Positions 19,096-27,132 of a stretch of DNA of 41,744 bases are shown here, piece after piece. Origin of the DNA: a virus. Made by a program: the position numbers and the translations under genes. A model generated the notes under the pieces. That model was not told the origin of the DNA. It was given only the letters and a program-made list of their open reading frames with translations, and made no database searches. The stretch covers positions 1-41,744 of IMG/VR virus record IMGVR_UViG_3300002461_000036; one strand, given 5' to 3'. Every line of letters begins with the position of its first letter. Positions within the stretch are counted from its first letter, which is position 1.

Positions 19096-19496
19096 CAGAT
19101 TCTCCGGTAGTGAACAGCGTACTGCCCCAATCCCGTGCGGTGTGTATACGCTAGGACCTTCAAGCCATTACCTCTGGCAAGCTGGATAGCGCGACGCAAG
19201 AATCTGTGCCCTACATAACCTCTGTAGGCGGGCAGTACGAAGTTCCATTGGATGCCCAGGCAGTCCCCGACATGCGGGTCATTCTCGTAGACGAGTATGC
19301 AAAGACCAACTGGGCGTTTACCGTGGAACGCAATGAGTTCTACACGCGGTATACTCTCCGTAGAGAGCACCATTTCCCGCAGTGCAGTGTCTCGATCACG
19401 CACCCAGGTCATTTCGGGGAAGCAGTCCAGTACATCCTGCATCAACCACTGCCCCATCGAAGCATCACCCGCATTGCGGTGATGCTCAACTATCAC
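19095..19496 (-). CDS. GNAT-family N-acetyltransferase, Rac-like by fold and position (start uncertain; the ORF is open to 19565)
   Basis: Acetyl-CoA-binding motif-A-like 'NFVLPAYRGYVGHRFLRRAIQLARGNGLKVL'. It lies just downstream of the RNAP gene. Candidate starts are GTG 19496 (after GGAAGA) and ATG 19565 or 19457. Confidence 0.65.
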   Translation of the reverse strand: MIVEHHRNAGDASMGQWLMQDVLDCFPEMTWVRDRDTALREMVLSTESIPRVELIAFHGKRPVGLCILVYENDPHVGDCLGIQWNFVLPAYRGYVGHRFLRRAIQLARGNGLKVLAYTHRTGLGQYAVHYRRI

Positions 19497-19683
19497 GGAA
19501 ATTCTTCCGTGGTGAGAATCCAATACGGTTCTCGATAACGCGCAGCAACGATTGTTGTCCCGCATTGTAGAAGATAGTGTCTGCCGTTTGGCCTGGCTCT
19601 ACCGGTACATAGGGGAATAGCTGTGCTAAGTAATCATATTGTTCTTGACTGAACGTGAGTCTTGGAATGTCCTCTCGTGCCAT
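19486..19683 (-). CDS. Hypothetical protein (65 aa), first gene of the late operon
   Basis: ATG follows an AGGAG-containing leader and lies immediately downstream of two phage promoters. Confidence 0.55.
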   Translation of the reverse strand: MAREDIPRLTFSQEQYDYLAQLFPYVPVEPGQTADTIFYNAGQQSLLRVIENRIGFSPRKNFRDS

Positions 19684-19700
19684 GGCATCCTTACTCCTGT

Positions 19701-19720
19701 GCTACAGTATGTGACTTCAA
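19701..19720 (-). promoter_or_regulatory. Phage-RNAP promoter (phi2)
   Basis: The minus strand reads TTGAAGTCACATACTGTAGC, about 20 nt upstream of the ATG at 19683. Confidence 0.7.
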
Positions 19721-19742
19721 GCGTCAGTTCTTGTCAGCTCTT

Positions 19743-19763
19743 GTCTATATTATGTGACTTTAA
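19743..19763 (-). promoter_or_regulatory. Phage-RNAP promoter (phi1), overlapping the RNAP stop codon
   Basis: The minus strand reads TTAAAGTCACATAATATAGAC. Its TAA is the RNAP stop codon (19762..19760). Confidence 0.7.
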
Positions 19764-22198
19764 CAAAAGAAGAACTCGCTATCCTTAATACCCGCCAGAT
19801 CGAGACTGCCGGTAGGACAAGCTGGAACCGACACCCCGAGTTGGTGCGCTAGATCGCCCAGTACATCGCGCTCGTACATCCGTATAAATGCGCTGCGAAT
19901 GCACTCGTGCATAATACCGGCATCGGATGGGTGCGTACCGAAGCTATCGTGGATACAAACCATCGACAGCCCTGCTGCCTGCATACGCAATGCCGTCATA
20001 CCTAAGTGCGTGCCATCCAGGCTATGCACGAAGTTCGGGCTAATGGCGTTCTGCATCCGGCTGAGCTTGCACTGATCCTTCTTGACGTACATCACCACGT
20101 ACTCGACACCCGCGCTGCGTACACGCACACGGGTGCGGTCTTCCTCTTGGTAGTCGTGGTTGACCGTGAAGCCGAGCGGCGTTACCCACTGTACGGCTGT
20201 GTCACGGGGCACCTCGCGCATCAGGCTGCGTAGCCAGCGCATAGCGGCTGCTGCGGCTGGCACTACATCCTCGATAGCCTTAAACAGCAACTTGGCCATG
20301 TACGTCGCCATAGGCCCTGCCATGAGGTGCTCGTGCCGCCAGCCCTCAGCGGCCAACCATTCCTCGATACCCTCGCGGACGGACATCAGTGTCGCGCCGT
20401 ACACGTAGGTCATCACAGGCCCCTTAGCGAGTGCTCGGGGCACACCCAAGTCAAGCCATGCCTTAGCCTCTAGGACGCCACCAGCAGCGTCCCTGGCCGT
20501 CTGGAGCTGTGCTAGCTCGGCCACCTTGCGGTAGATGTCCGCCTTGGCAGTGCCGCCCGGTAGCAAGTTGACGAAGGCCCCGCCGCGCTCGTCTCGCAAC
20601 ATCGCGGAGAAGTGCTGCAACCCTGAGCAGGTCGCGTCCATGTGTACCGGCAGGCCGGTCTCATAGCTCTCAGGGTGCCCGGAGGCATAGGCCCTGGACA
20701 GCTCTAGGACGCCCGCTAAGGCGCATAGTGGGCTGTCCGCTGAGTCGTATACTCCGGAGTCTTCGGGACGCTCCAGAGCACCTACCAGGCGGTCCCAGTG
20801 CTCGTCAGTCCAGGCTGCCCGGTCCTTGAACTGCGGCTGGTCGAAGCCGAAGCAGTTGGCGATATGCACCTTGAGCCAGAACACACCATCCTTGCCGAGC
20901 GGCTTCTTATCTGCGAAGTGCAATACAGCCTTGGCTGCATCGCTGCCTTGCGGGTTGGGAGTGCAGCGGTAATACAGTCGGCCCCGGCTATCGAGGAATA
21001 CCGGGAAGTACACGGGTTTGCCACTGTATTTGCGGGCATGCTTCACGAAATTGGCCATTTCCCATAACGTGCTGCGATGCTTGCGCACCGCCTCGTGCCA
21101 ACGGGTAGTCGCCCGCTTCCAGTTCTGGAACGTGCGTAGGTCTTCTTCGCTAGCAGTGGCCTTCTCCCAGGACTCCCCGAACGGGAATGCGGGCTTCTCA
21201 GGCGCTCTTACCAATGGGATACCAAGGGCGCCGCCTCCAGCCTGCCATACGCGCTGGACGTGCTGAAACATCGCATCGTCCATAGTGAAGGCAGTTGACT
21301 GTACGTAGTTGCAATACTGATACACCATCGGCATCTGGCTGCACGCCTCGCGGTAGTCACGCAAAGCACTGCGGCGAACCTTGCGCCGATAAGCCACGAG
21401 CGGGGCACGCACTTGTTTGCGCTCCGTGTAGAAGCCGCCACCGGCTAGCCCTTCCCATGGTAGGGGTGGTGCCAGCATCGGTGAGTGGTTCATTGGGGCC
21501 AGCCTGGCGGCTGCTTGTGCGTCCCCGAGGAACTCCGCAATGCGCACCGGCAAGCGGTACACAACGATGATCCCCTGCTGCCCACGGCTGCGCTCGACCT
21601 CCAGCAGTCCGGCATTGACACAGGCGTCAAGGCCGAACTTGCCGAGCTGTAGCAAGTCCTGCTCGCACAGCGGACAATCGTAGACGCCATCCAGCGTGTT
21701 CTTGACGACGCGCTGAACAGTCATCTGAATGTGCTTGCGGCTGCTGACGTTGGCCCGGTCCAGGCCACGCATAGCCGCTTGGTAGTACATCGGGTTGATC
21801 TTCTCGGCCTGGCGAATCTGCACCTCCATCACCCACTCACGGGCGATAGCGACAGAGATACGCTGGAACGTGGCACCAAAGGCGCCGTCGAGAGTCTTGA
21901 AGCCACCACCGAGCACGAGGCGCAGCGCACAGCGCATGGCAATAACGCTAGCAACATCCGCCGGGATAGCGCGGAGCCAGCCCTTGCACTTCGCGCTACG
22001 GCCACGGGCTACCACCTGCTGATCCGCCTCGATGCTAGCCAGCACATGCGGGAATAGGTTGGCGATCAGCAGCTTTGCCTTGGGCAGTTTGTCGATGTTG
22101 CCTTGCCCGAGGTTCTCGTGAAGGGCCTTGATGGCGGATGCCTCGGCGTCTACCGAGTCGGCATTCTCTGCTGCGATTTGATCGTCAACCAACTGCAC
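19760..22198 (-). CDS. Single-subunit DNA-dependent RNA polymerase (T7 RNAP family)
   Basis: 812 aa. 'DATCSGLQHFSAMLRD', 'PVMTYVYGAT' and 'CIHDSFGT' match T7 RNAP motifs A, B and C. GTG start 5 nt after GGAG. Confidence 0.95.
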   Translation of the reverse strand: MQLVDDQIAAENADSVDAEASAIKALHENLGQGNIDKLPKAKLLIANLFPHVLASIEADQQVVARGRSAKCKGWLRAIPADVASVIAMRCALRLVLGGGFKTLDGAFGATFQRISVAIAREWVMEVQIRQAEKINPMYYQAAMRGLDRANVSSRKHIQMTVQRVVKNTLDGVYDCPLCEQDLLQLGKFGLDACVNAGLLEVERSRGQQGIIVVYRLPVRIAEFLGDAQAAARLAPMNHSPMLAPPLPWEGLAGGGFYTERKQVRAPLVAYRRKVRRSALRDYREACSQMPMVYQYCNYVQSTAFTMDDAMFQHVQRVWQAGGGALGIPLVRAPEKPAFPFGESWEKATASEEDLRTFQNWKRATTRWHEAVRKHRSTLWEMANFVKHARKYSGKPVYFPVFLDSRGRLYYRCTPNPQGSDAAKAVLHFADKKPLGKDGVFWLKVHIANCFGFDQPQFKDRAAWTDEHWDRLVGALERPEDSGVYDSADSPLCALAGVLELSRAYASGHPESYETGLPVHMDATCSGLQHFSAMLRDERGGAFVNLLPGGTAKADIYRKVAELAQLQTARDAAGGVLEAKAWLDLGVPRALAKGPVMTYVYGATLMSVREGIEEWLAAEGWRHEHLMAGPMATYMAKLLFKAIEDVVPAAAAAMRWLRSLMREVPRDTAVQWVTPLGFTVNHDYQEEDRTRVRVRSAGVEYVVMYVKKDQCKLSRMQNAISPNFVHSLDGTHLGMTALRMQAAGLSMVCIHDSFGTHPSDAGIMHECIRSAFIRMYERDVLGDLAHQLGVSVPACPTGSLDLAGIKDSEFFFC

Positions 22199-22207
22199 GG
22201 CGGCTCC

Positions 22208-22390
22208 TTAGATTTCGTCGGGGAAGGCGGTGTCGAAGTCGGCCTCGATGTCGGCCCGTTGTTGGATCGTGAGCTGCCCATCGAGCAGGGCATCTTCGGC
22301 CAGCTTGCGGACCAGCTTGGCGTCACCGACATTGCCGGTGTCGCAAGCTGCTTGCATATCGTCGCTCAGTTGTGCGTAGGTGGACTTCAT
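22208..22390 (-). CDS. Hypothetical acidic protein (60 aa)
   Basis: ATG follows AGAGG and forms an ATGA overlap with the upstream gene. Confidence 0.55.
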   Translation of the reverse strand: MKSTYAQLSDDMQAACDTGNVGDAKLVRKLAEDALLDGQLTIQQRADIEADFDTAFPDEI

Positions 22391-22611
22391 GTGAATACCT
22401 CTTTCAGACGCGCAATTAGCGTCGGTTTAAAGTTGGCCCGACACAGCGCGGAGTCAATTGCAACGCAGCACTTGTCGTATTCCATTGCACCGCTCACGCG
22501 ATCCGGTCCCGCTACAGGGACCATGCACATGTATGCGCGGTGCCCACCGCGCATTGGGTGTGGCATGGGTCGCCAGCGATGGGCACAGTTGAAGCAGGCG
22601 CGCTCCATCAC
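22387..22611 (-). CDS. Hypothetical Cys-rich protein (74 aa)
   Basis: ATGA overlap with the upstream gene. 'CFNCAH' plus further Cys and His residues suggest a zinc-binding protein. Confidence 0.55.
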   Translation of the reverse strand: MMERACFNCAHRWRPMPHPMRGGHRAYMCMVPVAGPDRVSGAMEYDKCCVAIDSALCRANFKPTLIARLKEVFT

Positions 22612-23243
22612 TTATCGTCCGGGTACAGGTGATCCAGCTCAGCCAGGAACAGGGCGTTCGTCGCTACGTGTGCCCGGTGCGGCAGGCCGCTCTCAGGATC
22701 GTTGACCTCACCACGCGCAATGGCGTTCTCGTGACGCTGCATGGCGGCACGGTAGCGGCGCTTGGCCTCCGGCACTTCGCGCCAGGAGTGCGGCACGTAG
22801 CCCTTACCGCCTTCCGGCCACGGCGCATCCTTCTTGTCCTGCACCGCCCAGGTCAGCACCGACACTACGTCGAGCAGTGTGTTCGGCATGCCGTCCATCA
22901 ACAACTCGAAGCGGGGCTTACCGGCATCGGCCTTGAATGCCTGGTCAGGCTTGGCGGGTGCAGAATCGTGCTTGCAGCTCGGGTAGCTGCCGCAGTGGTT
23001 GCCCGGCGAGCAGTGGTTGTTGGGGCACTTTAGTTCCTGCACACGAACCTTGTCATTCTCCCACACACGCTCCCCGTTAGGTCCGGAGACAAGCGGCACA
23101 AGTTGGAGTTTCTTGTAGTTGAGCTTGCCGCCGTAACCATATGCAACACCTTGCTCATCCAGGTCATATACACGCCCGATCAAGTGACGCGACCCTTCTT
23201 GAACCGTAGTGACCACTTGTACTTTAATTCGAGAGCAGGACAC
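22608..23243 (-). CDS. Two-domain protein: unknown N-terminal domain, Cys/His cluster, then a DUF5664-like (dATP/dGTP diphosphohydrolase N-terminal-like) domain
   Basis: GTG start 6 nt after AAGGAGG. C-terminal region 'DAGKPRFELL...VLTWA...SWREV...YRAAMQRH...GEVNDPESGLPHRAHVATNALFLAE' matches my recollection of the DUF5664 consensus. Confidence 0.65.
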   Translation of the reverse strand: MSCSRIKVQVVTTVQEGSRHLIGRVYDLDEQGVAYGYGGKLNYKKLQLVPLVSGPNGERVWENDKVRVQELKCPNNHCSPGNHCGSYPSCKHDSAPAKPDQAFKADAGKPRFELLMDGMPNTLLDVVSVLTWAVQDKKDAPWPEGGKGYVPHSWREVPEAKRRYRAAMQRHENAIARGEVNDPESGLPHRAHVATNALFLAELDHLYPDDK

Positions 23244-24270
23244 GGCGTACCTCCTTACTGTTGAGTGTATAACGCCCACGGCTCCAACCGCCGCAACCGC
23301 CGCAGTGCATGCGCTCGTACTCGCCCGACTGGGTGTACGTTACGCCGTCCTGCTTGATGTCGGTGCTGCCGCACTTCGGGCAACGCTGTGTGGCTTCTTG
23401 ATCGCGGTAGTAGATGGCTACGTTGGGGTGTCCAACATACCAGGGGCGCATGATCAGGTATAGTTCTTCCATCGAGATAACATCGTCGATGTTGTACACG
23501 CGCATTTCTTCCCAGGCTTCCGGGTTGCCCGCCAAGCACTGATTCCAAAGCTCCATGCCAGGGAAGCGCTCGTGCTTACGCTTCTTGGTGGTACACAACT
23601 TGTCGGTCATGTACTCCAGCTTCTTGCTGGTGAAGCCGAACTGCTGCTTGGCCATCAGCAGGGTGTCGATCACCTTGTAAGGCGACGGCGGCAACAGGCC
23701 AAGGGCCACGAAGCGGGCATTGATCTTCGGCACGTCGAAGCGCTTGCCATTCTGTGCGATCACGATGTCGGCCTGATCGAGCAGCGCCCACAGCTTGTGC
23801 AACAGGATGGAGTCGTCGGCAATGTTCTCGGCATCACGCAGGTCGTGGTAGATAGGTTCCTCGTCGTGCAGCCACTTGGCGCAGAAGCTCAACAGGTTCC
23901 AGTCCTTGACAATCTGGTTGAGGCCCACGTTCTGCTTGAACAGGCCCCACACGCGGCCCTCGATAGGGCTGGTCTCAATGTCGAGACTGAGGATTTGCGG
24001 ACCGCGAGACTCGACGGGCGGTGCGGGCTGCGCCTTGGTGTACGGGCCACGCGGAGCGCCTGGCGTCTTGTCAGGCAACATCTTGAGCTGGCGCAGCCAG
24101 TAACGACAAGTCGCAGCAGACACAGCACCACGATTTAGCGCCGTTAGGGCTGCGGCCACGGCGTTGACCAACGTGCTATAGCTGGTCTCGCAGTTGGTAG
24201 ACGCCATATAGCTGCGAGCCGCCTCGCGAATTTCGCTATCGGTGAACATACTTCGTTTGATACGGGCCAT
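23224..24270 (-). CDS. DnaQ/PolB-exo-like 3'-5' exonuclease with C-terminal zinc ribbon
   Basis: 'ILSLDIETSP' resembles ExoI and 'AQNGKRFDVPKINARF' resembles ExoII. C-terminal 'CPKCGS...CGGCGG'. Confidence 0.7.
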   Translation of the reverse strand: MARIKRSMFTDSEIREAARSYMASTNCETSYSTLVNAVAAALTALNRGAVSAATCRYWLRQLKMLPDKTPGAPRGPYTKAQPAPPVESRGPQILSLDIETSPIEGRVWGLFKQNVGLNQIVKDWNLLSFCAKWLHDEEPIYHDLRDAENIADDSILLHKLWALLDQADIVIAQNGKRFDVPKINARFVALGLLPPSPYKVIDTLLMAKQQFGFTSKKLEYMTDKLCTTKKRKHERFPGMELWNQCLAGNPEAWEEMRVYNIDDVISMEELYLIMRPWYVGHPNVAIYYRDQEATQRCPKCGSTDIKQDGVTYTQSGEYERMHCGGCGGWSRGRYTLNSKEVRRVLLSN

Positions 24271-24845
24271 TATGTTTCCTTCTTCATGCTGCGGACCTTG
24301 GCCCGTGCTTGGGTGGATGCGCGGGTGCGCTTTCGTGCAGCAGCCTGAGCCTGCTTCTTTTCTTCCGGGGTCTTGTGTGTCGGGTACATGTAGCCAGTAC
24401 CCGGCTTCTTGAGGTAGGCCAGCATGCGCTCAAGCCACGGGATGATCAGGGCGTAGTCCATACCACCCGCACCCCAGCGCCCGGCAGCGTTGGCTACCTT
24501 ACCCTCGGCGCCGTTGCATGAGCGGTGCAGCACGCCACGAACCTCGCCGGTATTGTGGTCATGATCCACTACGCCTTCACGCAGGATGCGCAAGTCGATA
24601 GGTCGTCCGCAGATAGCGCACACACCACCCTGATCCTTGAGGAACTTGACGGTCATAGCCTTGAGGTTGGAGCGCGGGATGCGGCTCAGTTGCCGAGCTG
24701 TGCCCTGGTCCAGTAGCGCTGCAACCTGTGCAGGAGCCTCACACGGGATGGTTTGCTGCGGCGGGAGAACTCCCACTCCAGCGGCGCTAGGCGCTGCAAT
24801 AGGCTTTGGCGGTACGCCGCCAGGTAGTAAGCGTAGCTCATCCAT
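24270..24845 (-). CDS. Endonuclease VII-family Holliday-junction resolvase
   Basis: 'CAICGRPID...VVDHDHNTGEVRGVLHRSCNGAEGK' is the Endonuclease_7 signature. The ATG at 24845 lies 1 nt after the stop of the MNT gene. Confidence 0.85.
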   Translation of the reverse strand: MDELRLLPGGVPPKPIAAPSAAGVGVLPPQQTIPCEAPAQVAALLDQGTARQLSRIPRSNLKAMTVKFLKDQGGVCAICGRPIDLRILREGVVDHDHNTGEVRGVLHRSCNGAEGKVANAAGRWGAGGMDYALIIPWLERMLAYLKKPGTGYMYPTHKTPEEKKQAQAAARKRTRASTQARAKVRSMKKET

Positions 24846-24846
24846 G

Positions 24847-25218
24847 TTAATCCCCGCAGATGGCACGGAACAGACTTACGCGATCTTCACGCTGCTGATA
24901 ATCCGCTGGCGTCTGTAACATAATAGCGGTAGCAGCGTACCACTTGAGGAAGTATTCACGGTCACGCATTACCAGCACGTTCAAGGATAACCCTTGAAAA
25001 GGCAGGCGGAAGGTGATCGCTAGGCCATCGGTGTCATAGCCCATGATACGATCAGCGTCCTTATCGAAGGACATCTGCTCCAACAACTCATAGGGCATAC
25101 CTTCGGTTTCTGCAAGGACACAGACATCCAAATCGCTATCCGGGTGGTCCGCCCCGATGACGCGACTACCTGTCAGGAAGAAGGCAGCGCCGGGGAATAG
25201 CTCGCGTAGCTCACGCAT
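24847..25218 (-). CDS. Minimal nucleotidyltransferase (MNT / Pol-beta superfamily) domain protein
   Basis: 123 aa. ATG 6 nt after AGGAGG. 'FLTGSRVIGADHPDSDLDVCVL' is the GS-x9-DxD NTase signature. Confidence 0.7.
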   Translation of the reverse strand: MRELRELFPGAAFFLTGSRVIGADHPDSDLDVCVLAETEGMPYELLEQMSFDKDADRIMGYDTDGLAITFRLPFQGLSLNVLVMRDREYFLKWYAATAIMLQTPADYQQREDRVSLFRAICGD

Positions 25219-26167
25219 CGTCATCCTCCTGTGCTGCAAGCCGAAGCGCCAGCACTTGTTGGTGATAACCGTGCAGGTCATCCAGCCACTGCCGAAGCGG
25301 CGGTAGGAGGTCCAGCTCGGTAAGGTAGCGGTAAGCGCAGTCCTCGTGGGACCGGCGCAGCCACAGCATTTCGGCCTCAGCTAACGGGTTCTGCTTGATC
25401 TTGGCAAAGGCGCACAGCACATGGTTGGCTGCTTCGCTCTCGTCCTTGATCGGCATGAGCACATCTAGTGCCCCGCGCTCAGCGATGAGCTTACCCTCGT
25501 AACGGTCCAGGCCACGTACCCGGTCTGCCGAGTCACCCATGAGCATCTGCGCCCAAAAGAACTTGGTGCCATGCCCCTTGACCTTGAGAGTGCCGCCATC
25601 GGTGTACGCTTCCGCAATGTAGCCAAAGCGGTTGTCGATGAAGTCAACTAGGCCGGTGCTCATTTCAAAGTAGGGTGCTTGCGTCAGCCGCATGTCCTTG
25701 TCTTCGCTGTAGACCACGCAGGTATCCCGGTAGCTCGCGCCATCCATGATGATCCCATCGTCAGCCTCCCAGTAGTGGTGCAGCTCACAGAACCAACCCG
25801 GTGGGATCAGCTCATGCTCGTTGTTCACCGCGTCGAAGATGGCGTTGCGTAGCGGCTCCAGCAGCGCTGGCTTAGCCTTGCCTGCACGCTTGGCCTGGTA
25901 TGGCCAGAACGTAGGGTACAGGCCACGGTGGGCCTTCTTGCTACCCTTGGCTGTGAGGTGAATACGCACGCTGTCACAGTTGGCCAGGTACATGGCCTCC
26001 AGCACCAGCGTCACGTAGCGGCGGATTGCCGTGGGTAATGTCTTGACGGTCGAGGCGGCGCGGTAGGCAGGCCCATCCCCGTCGAGGATGAGCGTGCGCC
26101 CAGGCACCGGGGTGTCGAACTGCGGGGGCAAACCCGCCAGCTCAACACCACGCCAGTGCGTCCGCAT
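25211..26167 (-). CDS. 5'-3' exonuclease (FEN / T7 gp6-like)
   Basis: 318 aa. 'LILDGDGPAYRAAS' and 'VVYSEDKDMRL' are acidic FEN-type motifs. Confidence 0.75.
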   Translation of the reverse strand: MRTHWRGVELAGLPPQFDTPVPGRTLILDGDGPAYRAASTVKTLPTAIRRYVTLVLEAMYLANCDSVRIHLTAKGSKKAHRGLYPTFWPYQAKRAGKAKPALLEPLRNAIFDAVNNEHELIPPGWFCELHHYWEADDGIIMDGASYRDTCVVYSEDKDMRLTQAPYFEMSTGLVDFIDNRFGYIAEAYTDGGTLKVKGHGTKFFWAQMLMGDSADRVRGLDRYEGKLIAERGALDVLMPIKDESEAANHVLCAFAKIKQNPLAEAEMLWLRRSHEDCAYRYLTELDLLPPLRQWLDDLHGYHQQVLALRLAAQEDDDA

Positions 26168-27114
26168 TACATGCCGGGGATGGTTGGGATACCCGGTACG
26201 CTGGGCATAGCGACCGTAGCAACAGTCGCGGTGGCAGCGTGCGCTGTCTCAGCTACGACCGGCACGGATGGAACGCCGCCGTCGAATGGCACGTCAGTGG
26301 GCACACCCGGTACGGCAGGCGGTGCAGTCTCGGTAGCAGGCGCGTCACTCTCGTCGCCTTCTTCGCCCTCGACATCGAGGTCCGGCAGGTTGCCACCGAG
26401 CATCTGCTGGAGCAGCGAACCTTCAAAGTCGGTCGCTTCGATGCAGCGGGCTTGCAGGAAGTTCTTGGACTTGCCCTTGTCGTTAACGCCTTCGATGAAC
26501 ATGGCGTCCCAGTCTTCTTTCAGCGGGGCATCCCACAGGAAGACCTTGTAGTCATCATCGGTTGCTGGCGGCACCGGGTAGGGCTGGCCGGATACTGGGC
26601 AGTTCGGCGGCAGGATGCCACCCCAATCGACTTCGTTGCGCGGCTTACCGTCTTTCGACTTGGGCTGCACCACCTTGATCGGGACGATGTACGCCTGGTC
26701 CAGCAGCTCGATGAAGCGCTTGGCCGTGCCCTTGAAGTTCATCTTGTCGAAGGCGATCTTGGTCTTGCTGCGCTCGTTGTTGCCCAGCGACATACCGTAG
26801 CTCTCGATGAAGCCCGGTTTGACCACGCCTTCCTTGACGTAGTGGTACAGGTTCTCCGGGGTGTCAGGACCTTGCGGGTCGCCCTTACCCCACAGCAGGA
26901 AGCCGAGGCGGACTTCCATCGCTGCGGCCTTCGCCGTGCCCTGGTATTCGCGGGCCTGCTTACCGAACTCGCGGTACAACACGAAACGACCGAGCGCCTT
27001 ACCAGCGGGCAGGAGACGGCGACCACCGCCACCACCCGTGCTGGTTTGGCTCATGTCGATACCGACCTCTGCTACCTGGGCGGCTTGCTGTTGAATCTGT
27101 TGAAGACGTGACAT
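26167..27114 (-). CDS. Hypothetical replication-module protein with an acidic then Pro/Val/Thr-rich C-terminal tail (possible ssDNA-binding protein; speculative)
   Basis: 315 aa. AGGAG RBS. Located between DNAP and the exonuclease. 'DLDVEGEEGDESDA' is followed by a low-complexity tail. Confidence 0.65.
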   Translation of the reverse strand: MSRLQQIQQQAAQVAEVGIDMSQTSTGGGGGRRLLPAGKALGRFVLYREFGKQAREYQGTAKAAAMEVRLGFLLWGKGDPQGPDTPENLYHYVKEGVVKPGFIESYGMSLGNNERSKTKIAFDKMNFKGTAKRFIELLDQAYIVPIKVVQPKSKDGKPRNEVDWGGILPPNCPVSGQPYPVPPATDDDYKVFLWDAPLKEDWDAMFIEGVNDKGKSKNFLQARCIEATDFEGSLLQQMLGGNLPDLDVEGEEGDESDAPATETAPPAVPGVPTDVPFDGGVPSVPVVAETAHAATATVATVAMPSVPGIPTIPGM

Positions 27115-27132
27115 AGTGCTTCTCCTGTGTTG

